Assembly: GCF_000016745.1 (NCBI RefSeq)
Contig: NC_009483.1
Location: 750,001-782,000 of the forward strand
Source: Geotalea uraniireducens Rf4
GTDB lineage: Bacteria; Desulfobacterota; Desulfuromonadia; Geobacterales; Geobacteraceae
DNA: 32,000 bases
Reading direction: 5' to 3'
The notes beneath the pieces were generated by a model that was not told the origin of the DNA, did no database searches, and saw nothing but the letters and a program-made list of their open reading frames with translations. Shown here one piece after another: positions 24,201-32,000 of the stretch (positions are counted from its first letter, which is position 1; every line of letters starts with the position of its first letter). Made by a program: the position numbers and the translations under genes.

Positions 24201-25466
24201 ATGGACCCATTAAAGAGAGTTGAAAAAGATCTGAAAAAATGTGTCAAATGCGGCGCCTGCCGGGCCAACTGTCCGGCGTTCTCCGCGTATCAGCGCGAAC
24301 CGGCGGTGGCGCGGGGCAAGGTGGCGCTCGCCCAGCATCTCTTGGCCAAGGACATCGAGCTGGACGACCAGACCTACCTGACCATGTCCAAATGCCTGCT
24401 CTGCGGCAGCTGCGTGGAAAAATGCCCGAACGAGGTGCCGACCGACGAGATCGTCATTGCCGCCCGTGAGGCGCTGGCGGAACAGCGGGGGCTCGCCACC
24501 TTCCATAAGGCGGTCGGCCGAGTGATAAGGAACCGCAAGCTGATGAACATGGGGGCAGCAATGGCTGCCGTCCTGGGGCCGCTCTTCTTTCGCAGGGTGC
24601 CGGCCAATTCCGGCTTGAGGCTCCGCTTCCCCCTCCCATTCGTCGGCGGCAAACGGCATATTCCCGAACTGGCCAGGAAGCCCTTCATGTCGCGCCACCC
24701 GGAGATCATCCAGGGGGAGCCGGGCAAGCCGCGCATTATCTATTTCGTCGGCTGCATGACCAATTTCGTTTATACGGAAGTGGGTGAGGCTGCGCTGGCC
24801 CTCTTCCGTCACCTGGGATGCACGGTCATAATTCCCAAGGACCAGCAGTGCTGCGGCCTGCCTGGAATGTCCGGCGGCGATCTGGCAACAGTCAAGGCGC
24901 TGGCGGAAAGGAATCTGGCCGTGCTGGAGAAATATGAGGCCGATTATATCATGACCGCCTGCGCCACCTGCGGCGGGGCGCTCCATAAGCTTTACCCCGC
25001 GGTGGTCGGGAAAAAGCATCCTGAACTCTTGAAACGTTTGCAGGCGGTTGCGGAAAAGACCATCGACGCTGCCGTGCTGTTGCAGAAGCTGGGTTTCAAC
25101 CCGGAAGCGACCGGTGCCGGCGAGGCGATCAGGATTACCTACCACGATCCCTGTCACCTCCGTAACCGAGCCATCACCCGACAACCGCGCGAACTGTTGC
25201 AGGCAGCGCCCGGCGTGCAACTGGTGGAGATGGAGGGGGCCGACAAGTGTTGCGGCCTGGGGGGGACGTTCAACGTTTACCACTATGACACCTCGCTGCG
25301 CATCAACGCCGGCAAGAGCGAGGCGATCCGGTGCACCGGCGCCGATGCCGTTGTCACCGGTTGTCCCGGCTGCATGATGCAACTTTCCGACGGTCTGAAG
25401 CAGGGAGGGGCCAGAACCAGGGTCCTGCACACGCTGGAGATACTGGCCCGTAAATTGAGGCAGTGA
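24201..25466 (+). CDS. (Fe-S)-binding subunit, GlcF / HdrD-like with two CCG domains
   Basis: 421 aa with two ferredoxin-type clusters (CVKCGACRANCP, CLLCGSCVEKCP). Two Cys-rich CCG-type repeats follow (GCMTNF...QQCCGLPG and DPCHL...DKCCGLGG...GCPGCMMQ). Confidence 0.85.
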   Translation: MDPLKRVEKDLKKCVKCGACRANCPAFSAYQREPAVARGKVALAQHLLAKDIELDDQTYLTMSKCLLCGSCVEKCPNEVPTDEIVIAAREALAEQRGLATFHKAVGRVIRNRKLMNMGAAMAAVLGPLFFRRVPANSGLRLRFPLPFVGGKRHIPELARKPFMSRHPEIIQGEPGKPRIIYFVGCMTNFVYTEVGEAALALFRHLGCTVIIPKDQQCCGLPGMSGGDLATVKALAERNLAVLEKYEADYIMTACATCGGALHKLYPAVVGKKHPELLKRLQAVAEKTIDAAVLLQKLGFNPEATGAGEAIRITYHDPCHLRNRAITRQPRELLQAAPGVQLVEMEGADKCCGLGGTFNVYHYDTSLRINAGKSEAIRCTGADAVVTGCPGCMMQLSDGLKQGGARTRVLHTLEILARKLRQ

Positions 25467-25560
25467 TAACTACTGGATATCTGTTGTGATAAGCCGTTTT
25501 AGGAACGCTTCAACCAGCTGTTTTTTCGCCATTCTTTTATTATCAGTGAAATTTTTTTTA

Positions 25561-25613
25561 TTGACATTAGAAACTAAATTGGGTATGTATTCCCAAAAAT
25601 AAAAACTAGTTTT
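25561..25613 (+). promoter_or_regulatory. candidate promoter and operator of the XRE-cupin regulator gene
   Basis: TTGACA (25561-25566), 17 nt, TATGTA (25584-25589) in an AT-rich tract. The 12-bp perfect palindrome AAAACTAGTTTT (25602-25613) lies just downstream of the predicted start site. A GGAG SD lies 6 nt before ATG 25634. Confidence 0.35.
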
Positions 25614-25633
25614 ATTTTTTGCCGGAGCATTAG

Positions 25634-26197
25634 ATGACTGATTACAACATCGGGGCTAAGATCAAGAAGCTTCGCCTTGCCAAAAAATTAACACTTCAGG
25701 CGGTGGCGAAGGAGACCGGCTTTTCGCCGGCCCTCATTTCCCAGATTGAAAACAACAACGTCTCTCCTCCCATTGCAACCCTGTCCCGGATTGCGAAATT
25801 CTTCGATGTCAAAGTCGGGATGTTTTTCACCGAGGATGAAGAAGAGTACAAGTACGAGGTGGTACGGAAGTCGGAACGGAAGCTGATCCCGCGGGTCATC
25901 TCCCGGTCGGGAACCAGCCAGGGGTATTCTTACGAGTCCCTTTCGTTCAGAAAACAGAACAAGAAAATGGAGCCCTTTCTCCTTACCATCGCCGAGAAGA
26001 CTGCCGAGGAAAATACCTATAGCCATGACGGCGAGGAGTTCCTCTTCATCGTGAAAGGGAATGCCGAACTGCTGCTTGACGACAACCGCATATCCCTCGA
26101 AGAGGGGGACTGCGTTTACTTCGACTCTTCCCTGAAGCACCGGCTCCTATCCAAAGACGGCTCCGAGGTCAAGGTGCTGGCTGTGGTTACACGATAA
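25634..26197 (+). CDS. XRE-family HTH transcriptional regulator with C-terminal cupin domain
   Basis: 187 aa with an N-terminal HTH (IGAKIKKLRLAKKLTLQAVAKETGFSPALISQIENN). A C-terminal cupin beta-barrel follows (HDGEEFLFIVKGNAELLLDD...GDCVYFDSSLKHRL). Confidence 0.85.
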   Translation: MTDYNIGAKIKKLRLAKKLTLQAVAKETGFSPALISQIENNNVSPPIATLSRIAKFFDVKVGMFFTEDEEEYKYEVVRKSERKLIPRVISRSGTSQGYSYESLSFRKQNKKMEPFLLTIAEKTAEENTYSHDGEEFLFIVKGNAELLLDDNRISLEEGDCVYFDSSLKHRLLSKDGSEVKVLAVVTR

Positions 26198-26202
26198 AAT
26201 CA

Positions 26203-26286
26203 GTTCTACGTTCTACGTTCTAGGTTCTAGGTTAAAAACGTAGAACGTAGAACGTAGAACGTAGAACGTAGAACGTAGAACGTTTT
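26203..26286 (+). repeat. heptamer-repeat palindrome / terminator-like hairpin (GTTCTAC x2, GTTCTAG x2, loop, GTAGAAC x6, TTTT)
   Basis: The left arm is 26203-26230 (four 7-nt units), the turn GTTAAAAAC is 26231-26239, and the right arm is 26240-26281 (six perfect GTAGAAC units), followed by GTTTTG. It gives up to 29 bp of stem with two G-G mismatches, and several pairing registers are possible because the arms hold 4 versus 6 units. Confidence 0.8.
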
Positions 26287-26333
26287 GAAGCTGTTGCTGT
26301 TGAAAAAATCCAATTACCGAAAGGATGGCGGAT

Positions 26334-28058
26334 ATGTCCAAAAAAGCAATTAAACCTTCACTGAAAAACCCCTTTGCCCCACCCGAGAAAGTCGAATTTA
26401 ACATCCCCGGCGAGATCTCCCGCGCTACAGGCGGTTATGAAGTGGCAATGAAGGAAGGGCATGACCTGATTCAGCGCCCCATCAAGTCGGTCAGCATCGA
26501 CCAGATCGAGAAACAGCACTTCAAGAAACGGATGACCGTCTGGGAGAGAATCCGGGTCCTCACCGAGATGGAGCCCAACATCCTGTTCCAGAACTGGGGC
26601 AAGAATCTCGACGGTGCTTCGCTGGTTACCGGTATCCTCAACATCCACGGGCGTGATGTGGCCGTTTACGGACACGATTTCACCGTTCGCGCCGGCTCCA
26701 TGGACGCCACCAACGGCAACAAACTGGCCCGCCTGTTCCAGATGGCCGGCGAAAAAGGGATCCCCCTGATCGGCATGAACGACAGCGCCGGAGCCTTCGT
26801 TCCTGCCGGCGTCGGCGGTCTCGACGGCTATGCGGAGGCATTTACTGCGCTCAGGAAGATCAGCGGCGTTGTCCCCAGCATCATGTGCATGTTCGGTTTC
26901 AATGCCGGCGGCGGCAGCTACCTTCCCCGGCAAGGGAGCTTCGTCATCCAGCCCAAGGACACCTTCTTCGGCCTGACCGGCCCCGGTGTCGTCAAGTCGG
27001 TGCTGGGAGAAGACGTTACCCCCGAGGACCTGGGCGGCCCCAAGGTGCATGGACTGTCGGGCGTTGCCGATCTCACCGTCGAAGACGAAGTGGGCGCGTT
27101 GCGCGCTGCCGTTATGCTGCTGAACTATCTCCCGGACAACAACAGCGTCATGGCGCCCTTTCAGGAGACGAGCGATCCTCTCGACCGGAAGACCTGGGAA
27201 ATCAACACCCTGCTCAAGAAGGCCTTCAACTCGCCGACCGGATTCAATACCCCCTTCGATGTGTCGATCATTATCCAGCAGATCTGCGACCACGGCGATT
27301 ATTTTGAAATGCAGCCCGACCGTGCACGGAATGCGGTCACGGCCTTTGGCCGGCTGGGGGGCAATGTCGTCGGCTTCGTGGCCAACAACAGCGCCGTCGA
27401 CTCCGGACAGATCGACGTGGATGCGGCCTATAAAATTGCACGCTTCAACCGTTTCTGCAACATCTACAATATCCCGATCATCTTCATGGAAGACACCACC
27501 GGCTTCCTGCCGGGGCGCGAGCAGGAAGCCCGCGGCATCGTGCAGGCCGGGCGGGCCATGCTCGATTCCATCGTCGACATCAGAACGCCCCGCATCCTGC
27601 TGATTCTTCGCAATGCCTACGGCGGCGCCTATGCGTCCTACAACAACTATCCGACCGGTGCCGACCTGGTCCTGGCATTGCCGACCACGCGGCTGGCGGT
27701 TATGGGGCCGGCGGGGAAGGAATTCGTCTATAAGGATGAACTCCGCAAACTGCGCACCGCTGTTACAGAGCGTGTAAAGCGCGGCATTCTGGAGCGCATC
27801 GAGGCCGGGGTGAAGGAAGACTCTGCCCGGAACGATGCCGAGAAAGAGGCCGCCGACTGGCTGAAAGCACAGGAGGCCGAACTCAATCTGCGCTACGAAA
27901 AAGAGCTGATGAACCCGAAGGAAGCTCTCAGTCTCGGTTCCATCTCCTCGCTCGTGATGCCGACCGACCTGCGCAAGGTGCTGGGCGAAAACCTGAACTT
28001 CTTCCTCAGGCATTACAAAGCCTCGCCGATGCAAGCCGTTCAACGCGAGTTCCATTAA
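26334..28058 (+). CDS. acyl-CoA carboxylase carboxyltransferase subunit (PccB/AccD5-like, extended)
   Basis: The track start is 26325. ATG 26334 sits 8 nt after AAGGA. The carboxyl-transferase N and C domains are present ([51 protein letters not shown]; [31 protein letters not shown]; RNAYGGAY). It is about 574 aa, longer than the ~510-540 aa I recall for PccB. Confidence 0.85.
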   Translation: MSKKAIKPSLKNPFAPPEKVEFNIPGEISRATGGYEVAMKEGHDLIQRPIKSVSIDQIEKQHFKKRMTVWERIRVLTEMEPNILFQNWGKNLDGASLVTGILNIHGRDVAVYGHDFTVRAGSMDATNGNKLARLFQMAGEKGIPLIGMNDSAGAFVPAGVGGLDGYAEAFTALRKISGVVPSIMCMFGFNAGGGSYLPRQGSFVIQPKDTFFGLTGPGVVKSVLGEDVTPEDLGGPKVHGLSGVADLTVEDEVGALRAAVMLLNYLPDNNSVMAPFQETSDPLDRKTWEINTLLKKAFNSPTGFNTPFDVSIIIQQICDHGDYFEMQPDRARNAVTAFGRLGGNVVGFVANNSAVDSGQIDVDAAYKIARFNRFCNIYNIPIIFMEDTTGFLPGREQEARGIVQAGRAMLDSIVDIRTPRILLILRNAYGGAYASYNNYPTGADLVLALPTTRLAVMGPAGKEFVYKDELRKLRTAVTERVKRGILERIEAGVKEDSARNDAEKEAADWLKAQEAELNLRYEKELMNPKEALSLGSISSLVMPTDLRKVLGENLNFFLRHYKASPMQAVQREFH

Positions 28059-28089
28059 ACATGGCAAAAGCACTTTAGCTGCGAATTTT

Positions 28090-28179
28090 CACGAATCAGC
28101 ACGAATATTCAAGACGCTGTGAAACATAAAGAAATCATGTATAACGGTGAAGATATTGTGTTTATTCGTGTCATGCGTG
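28090..28179. repeat. degenerate CACGAAT / ATTCGTG inverted repeat between the carboxylase genes
   Basis: CACGAATCAGCACGAATA (28090-28107) compared with the reverse complement of TATTCGTGTCATGCGTG (28163-28179). The short-motif hairpin style matches the 16.8-kb cluster. Confidence 0.4.
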
Positions 28180-28232
28180 GCTAACCGCCTTTCTAAGATT
28201 AATCAATATCGATGGATTGGAGATAGAGACCG

Positions 28233-31121
28233 ATGACACAAACTGTTGATTATTACATGAACAACCACCTGATTCATAAAAATCGCCGCTTGAGCACCTC
28301 CACCTCCGAGTGGGTGCGCTCCTTCTCCTGCGAGGATTTGAAGCCGCTCATCGTCTGCCGCGGCCCCATCCGCAAGGAGGCCATGGACGTCTATGGGGAG
28401 ATGGGCATTACCCATTTCGGCATTCTGCTCTCCGAAAAGGACTCCATTGTCTACCCCAACGCCCTGGCTCCCGAACTGCGCCAGCTGACCGATTCCAGGC
28501 GCGTCCATCGCGTGCCCGACTACACCGGCGCAAGCAAGGAGGAGCGGGTCGAGCGTATCCATCAGATCATCAGAATCGCCACGGACAACGGTTACGATTC
28601 CATCTTTGCCGGCTACGGTTTCATGGCGGAGGACGATGAGTTCGTTGCGGCCATAGAAAACGCCGGGCTCAAGTTCATCGGCCCCTGTTCCGCCACCCAG
28701 GCCGGTGCGGGCAAAAAGGACGAAGCCAAGCGGACCGCGCTCACCGTCAACGTCAGCGTCACTCCTGGCATTGACAATGTCACGGCACGTACCCTGCTCA
28801 AGAAGCACCCCACCCGGGAGAAGCTGCTGGCGCTGGCGAAATCCGACGGACTCGCCTGCGACGCGAAAATCATCAATGATCCGGGGATTTCCCTGGAAGA
28901 TCTGGCGGACCACATCCTCTATGCTTCCTACGCCAAGGGGGTCGACCTCTTCTCGATCGAGGAGCTCTGTGCCCAGGTCCAGGCCGAGGTGGCCGCCATG
29001 TTCAAAAAGTACCCGCAAAGTCGGGTCCGCCTCAAGGCAATCGGCGGCGGCGGTGGGAAGGGGCAGCGCATCCTGGGTGCATCGTTGCTCACGGTCAAGA
29101 ACGCTGACGACAAGGCGATCGCCAAGGCAGCCGCCGAAGCGCCGACCCTCGTTCGGGAAATCCTCAACGAAGTCAAGGCAAATGGCGTGGGGGACAACAA
29201 GAACATCCTCGTCGAGCTGAACATAGAGCAGACCCGCCACAATGAAATCCAGCTGCTCGGAAACGGTGAATGGTGTATTGCCTTGGGCGGCCGCGACTGT
29301 TCTCTGCAGATGCATGAACAGAAGCTGCTCGAAGTATCCGTCACCCAGGAGGGGCTTGCTGCAGCCATTGCAAAAGCCAAGGCCGCCGGCAAGAAGAGCG
29401 AAGTCAAGGCCCTTGAGAGCGACCTGACGGTTCTTAAGCGCATGGAAGAGGAATCCGAGCGTTTCGGCAAGGCGGTCGGCCTCGATTCCGCCTCTACCTT
29501 CGAATGCATTGTCGACCGTGATCGTCACTTCTTTATGGAAGTGAACACCCGTATCCAGGTTGAGCATCGGGTGACCGAGCTCTGCTACTCTCTCAAGTTC
29601 ACCAACCCGAAGGACAAAAAGGACTTCTTCGTCGTTGAATCCCTGGTCGAGGCCATGGCCCTGTTGGCGCAGCATAAAGAGCGCTTGCCCAAGCCCGAGC
29701 GGATCGTTCGTTTCAATGCCTCTGTCGAGGCGCGGCTGAATGCCACTGATGCGTCCCTCTCTCCCCATGCGGGAGGCATGATACGCTACTGGTCGAAACC
29801 GATCGAGGGTGAGATCCGCGACGACCAGGGGATAAGCATGCTGAACCCCGATACCGGCCTGTTCGTGAAGTACAAGGTGGCCGGGGCTTACGACTCCAAC
29901 ATTGCCCTGCTCCTCACCAATGGTGAAGACCGTCTGGACAGCTACGAGCGCATGTCGGCCGTCATCCGCAGCACCACGTTGCGCGGCAGTGATCTGGCCA
30001 CCAACCTTGAATTTCATTACGGGCTGGTCAACTGGTTCCTCGGAAACAACGTGAACGCCAAGCCTACGACCCGTTTCGTTGTTCCGTATCTTACCCTGGT
30101 GGGGACGCTGAAAGAGGAAGCGAACAAGATGGATCCTGTTTATGCCTTCCTGCAGATGAAGAAGCATTATGCCAAGCGTATTGCCGAACAGTTTCCCGAT
30201 GATCCCCAGGTTGCCAAGAACATGTCCGCGCTGCTCGACCGGAAGGGAACCCTGATTACCCGTCCCATGGAGCGCCTCCTCGGCGATCCGCATCTCCTCT
30301 CCGGCTGGCTGAGCATGAACACGAAAAACTTCCGTATCGATGACGGCAAGGTCGTCTGGCTGAGGAACCCCCTGGGGGTTCTCAATGAAACCTACGAATA
30401 CCTGCACATGTCCTTCCGCCCGCACAAGCCTGCGGCGGAGATAATCTGGGGCCACGACAACGAGCTGCTCCAGCAATCGCTCCGTTTCTCCCGCACCCTG
30501 CGTGAAAAGTTCGGGCTTGCCAGGGATGAGTACTTCAAGCTCAACGAATTTCTGCAGAATGATGAGCCCCAGGGTGGCTTCGATGCCGATACCTGGGAGC
30601 AGATTCGCTCCACCCATTTTGGTTACGAGGCGGGCCTTGAACTGCTCGGCATGCTGTTCATGATCGGCGAGAACACCCGGTTCTGGGACCTGCGTGTTGA
30701 AGAGGATCTGGAAATCACCATTCCCGACTACCTGACCGACCCGGATCTGCAGGCGCGGATGAAAAAGATCCTGGTGCCGCCTCCCGTAACCAAGGCCGAT
30801 GAAATCGTTGCTGCTTGCGGTGGCATGTACTATGCCCAGGAAGCTCCGGGCATGCCGCACTTCGTTGAAGAAGGGATGCACTTCGAGAAGGGGCAGCCAC
30901 TCTATATCATTGAAGTCATGAAGATGTTCAACAAGGTTTACGCTCCGTTCTCCGGCACCGTCGATAAGATCCTGATTCAGGGTGGTGACGGAATAATCGT
31001 CCAAAAGGGGCAACCACTCTTCAAGGTCACCCCGGACGAGAAATTTATCGAAGTGGATCTGAACGAGATCGAGCGCGAAAAACGCGCTCTTACCACCAAG
31101 TACCTGAAAGCCGTTCTGTAA
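28233..31121 (+). CDS. biotin carboxylase - BCCP fusion, unusually long (962 aa) with insertions
   Basis: ATP-grasp biotin carboxylase signatures are present: KAIGGGGGKGQRIL (Gly loop), HNEIQLLGNGEWCIALGGRDCSLQMHEQKLLE and FFMEVNTRIQVEHRVTE. The C-terminal biotinyl/lipoyl domain carries the EVMKMFNKV (MKM) attachment motif. A GGAG SD is present. Confidence 0.85.
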   Translation: MTQTVDYYMNNHLIHKNRRLSTSTSEWVRSFSCEDLKPLIVCRGPIRKEAMDVYGEMGITHFGILLSEKDSIVYPNALAPELRQLTDSRRVHRVPDYTGASKEERVERIHQIIRIATDNGYDSIFAGYGFMAEDDEFVAAIENAGLKFIGPCSATQAGAGKKDEAKRTALTVNVSVTPGIDNVTARTLLKKHPTREKLLALAKSDGLACDAKIINDPGISLEDLADHILYASYAKGVDLFSIEELCAQVQAEVAAMFKKYPQSRVRLKAIGGGGGKGQRILGASLLTVKNADDKAIAKAAAEAPTLVREILNEVKANGVGDNKNILVELNIEQTRHNEIQLLGNGEWCIALGGRDCSLQMHEQKLLEVSVTQEGLAAAIAKAKAAGKKSEVKALESDLTVLKRMEEESERFGKAVGLDSASTFECIVDRDRHFFMEVNTRIQVEHRVTELCYSLKFTNPKDKKDFFVVESLVEAMALLAQHKERLPKPERIVRFNASVEARLNATDASLSPHAGGMIRYWSKPIEGEIRDDQGISMLNPDTGLFVKYKVAGAYDSNIALLLTNGEDRLDSYERMSAVIRSTTLRGSDLATNLEFHYGLVNWFLGNNVNAKPTTRFVVPYLTLVGTLKEEANKMDPVYAFLQMKKHYAKRIAEQFPDDPQVAKNMSALLDRKGTLITRPMERLLGDPHLLSGWLSMNTKNFRIDDGKVVWLRNPLGVLNETYEYLHMSFRPHKPAAEIIWGHDNELLQQSLRFSRTLREKFGLARDEYFKLNEFLQNDEPQGGFDADTWEQIRSTHFGYEAGLELLGMLFMIGENTRFWDLRVEEDLEITIPDYLTDPDLQARMKKILVPPPVTKADEIVAACGGMYYAQEAPGMPHFVEEGMHFEKGQPLYIIEVMKMFNKVYAPFSGTVDKILIQGGDGIIVQKGQPLFKVTPDEKFIEVDLNEIEREKRALTTKYLKAVL

Positions 31122-31141
31122 GGTTTGGGGCAGACGCAAAA

Positions 31142-31168
31142 AGGGCTCCAAACGGGATTTGGAGCCCT
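31142..31168 (-). terminator. rho-independent terminator for the minus-strand zinc-ribbon gene
   Basis: 11-bp stem AGGGCTCCAAA / TTTGGAGCCCT with loop CGGGA. On the minus strand it is followed by TTTTT. Confidence 0.6.
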
Positions 31169-31178
31169 CGGATCACCA

Positions 31179-31208
31179 ACTAACCCCGCCTGAAAAGACG
31201 GGGTTAGT
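31179..31208 (+). terminator. hairpin between the convergent genes (weak terminator for the carboxylase operon)
   Basis: 10-bp stem ACTAACCCCG / CGGGGTTAGT with a 10-nt loop, followed on the plus strand by CGTTTGG, a short T-run. Confidence 0.4.
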
Positions 31209-31227
31209 CGTTTGGAAAGAATCCTGC

Positions 31228-31437
31228 TCAAGTCTGATTATAATCGTCTCCTTCAACGCATTCGGATTGCGCTTCCAGAAATGATTTTTCCTGGGGATCC
31301 TTGACGATTTCCGTAATACCGTGATTAACGGACCAAATCGTTCCACAATGAGGGCATTCGATGATTTCTTCAGTGAAGCCATTTGAATGCAACTCGATGT
31401 CAATATGTTCGTGGTTTTTACATACGGGACATTTCAT
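31228..31437 (-). CDS. small zinc-ribbon protein (69 aa)
   Basis: Track ORF 31228..31557. Its first 40 codons run through a REP-type palindrome. ATG 31437 has AAGGAGA 8 nt upstream and gives MKCPVCKNHEH...ECPHCGTIW, with two CxxC pairs. Confidence 0.6.
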   Translation of the reverse strand: MKCPVCKNHEHIDIELHSNGFTEEIIECPHCGTIWSVNHGITEIVKDPQEKSFLEAQSECVEGDDYNQT

Positions 31438-31474
31438 GACAGTTCTCCTTTCGCGCCAGACGGCATTAGGGACT

Positions 31475-31585
31475 GTAGGGGCGTGGGCTTGCCCTTTAGG
31501 CCCGCAGTTTGGGTCCGCCCTTGTTGCAATCGCCACCCAAAGGCGGCCCAGACCCAAAGCGGGCGGCCCAAGGGCGCGCCCCTAC
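31475..31585. repeat. composite GTAGGGGCG...CGCCCCTAC palindromic element (~110 bp)
   Basis: It starts GTAGGGGCGTGGGC and ends GGGCGCGCCCCTAC. The internal arms CCGCAGTTTGGGTCCGCC and GGCGGCCCAGACCCAAAGCGGG are largely complementary. It has the same termini as the elements at 22626 and 24134. Confidence 0.6.
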
Positions 31586-31673
31586 GGGAAAAGGTATGAT
31601 TTTATTTTCCGAGTCCCTTAGTAAAGTGTATGACCACGGATTTTGTTTGCAAGTAAAAAAATAGATCTCTTTT

Positions 31674-31891
31674 CAGCGTTGTCCGGTTTGGTTTTTGCTT
31701 ACGTCCCGTAGGGACAGAATACTGGTAGCCGGGGAATTCATTCCCCGGTCATCCAGGCGAAATATCATCACGTCACGTACGTGACGTGGGGAAATATAGC
31801 ATCTCTCCGGGGGATGAATCCCCCGGCTACATTCAAACGCCCCTAATGGGGCTTAACAACCTTGATGCACAAACCAAACCGGACAACGCTG
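31674..31891. repeat. 218-bp nested palindromic element with perfect 21-bp terminal inverted repeats
   Basis: CAGCGTTGTCCGGTTTGGTTT (31674-31694) is the exact reverse complement of AAACCAAACCGGACAACGCTG (31871-31891). Five local hairpins lie inside. These are GTCCC-GTA-GGGAC (31703-31715), CCGGGGAA-TTCA-TTCCCCGG (31729-31748) and the perfect 20-bp palindrome CACGTCACGTACGTGACGTG (31769-31788). The other two are CCGGGGGA-TGAA-TCCCCCGG (31807-31826) and GCCCC-TAAT-GGGGC (31839-31852). Confidence 0.7.
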
Positions 31892-31974
31892 ACCTCTTTT
31901 ATGAAAAATCGAGGAATTTGCCCGTTCGGCTTCCACGAGATGACGCCCATTTTACGCAGGATAAGGAGAGTATC

Positions 31975-32000
31975 ATGAGCATTTCCGAAAAAAAGAAAGC
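31975..32000 (+). CDS. 5' end of an unidentified gene (runs off the window)
   Basis: ATG 31975 lies 6 nt after GGAG (within AAGGAGAG). The frame MSISEKKK stays open to the window end. It is too short to identify. Confidence 0.3.

Noticed and set aside
21358-24210. 950-aa minus-strand ORF covering the larA-like and glcD-like genes
   Set aside because: It is the codon-aligned mirror frame of the plus-strand genes: (24208-22720) and (24208-21370) are both multiples of 3. Stops in that frame arise only from sense TTA, CTA or TCA codons, which these GC-rich genes avoid. The plus-strand products have clear family motifs, whereas the antisense product is low-complexity (R/G/H/D/P-rich) with no motif.
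26203-26286. Tandem repeats as a CRISPR array (also 8223..8293)
   Set aside because: The units are 7 nt with no spacers, and the two halves are mutually complementary, forming a hairpin. No cas genes or leader are present.
24210-31151. Long minus-strand ORFs 24210..25430 (406 aa), 26358..28073 (571 aa) and 28203..31151 (982 aa)
   Set aside because: This is the same mirror-frame artefact. Each is exactly codon-aligned with the glcF-like, carboxyltransferase and biotin carboxylase genes respectively. The 962-codon carboxylase gene contains no in-frame TTA/CTA/TCA, which is strong codon bias rather than an overlapping gene.
31438-31557. N-terminal 40 codons of track ORF 31228..31557
   Set aside because: The extension (..GPKGQAHAPTV..) is a read-through of the GTAGGGGCG-type palindromic repeat. 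ATG 31437 has a strong SD and starts exactly at the zinc-ribbon CxxC.

Overview
High-GC segment (hand-sampled lines about 58-62% GC) that looks like a Geobacter/Desulfuromonadales-type chromosome. This is inferred from a 12-haem c7-polymer-like cytochrome, a K+-independent H+-PPase and GTAGGGGCG...CGCCCCTAC hairpin repeats. The left end (about 1-4400) is visibly AT-richer, about 35-48% GC in sampled lines. I call 29 protein genes. The left islet has a flavodoxin-like gene, a small Cys protein, a SAM methyltransferase, a Phd/PIN toxin-antitoxin pair and an ankyrin-repeat lipoprotein. The core carries two tandem AI-2E transporters, UPF0158, lpxH, a YkgJ Cys-cluster protein, a PBP transpeptidase, YihY/BrkB, DUF948+YtxH, the dodecahaem cytochrome, a secreted protein of five 90-aa modules, MarC and hppA. 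It also carries a LarA-like racemase with GlcD/GlcF-like dehydrogenase subunits, an XRE-cupin regulator, and an unusually long biotin carboxylase/BCCP fusion with its carboxyltransferase. A complete group II intron (class C-like) sits between the hppA stop codon and the hppA terminator, antisense to hppA. No rRNA, tRNA or CRISPR was seen. The most notable unexplained signals are listed here. (1) A ~179-nt rod-shaped hairpin downstream of ytxH whose non-Watson-Crick positions are all G-U or tandem G-A on the minus strand only, suggesting a structured RNA with 6S-like architecture. (2) Two intercistronic palindromes built from tandem 7-nt units, at 8.2 kb and 26.2 kb. (3) A 218-bp nested five-hairpin palindrome with perfect 21-bp termini at 31.7 kb. 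(4) The low-GC lipoprotein with an unassigned N-terminal domain fused to ankyrin repeats. I found no clear-cut novel multi-gene system. The very long antisense ORFs in the track are codon-mirror artefacts. All folds, motif matches and family calls were made by eye and need computation.
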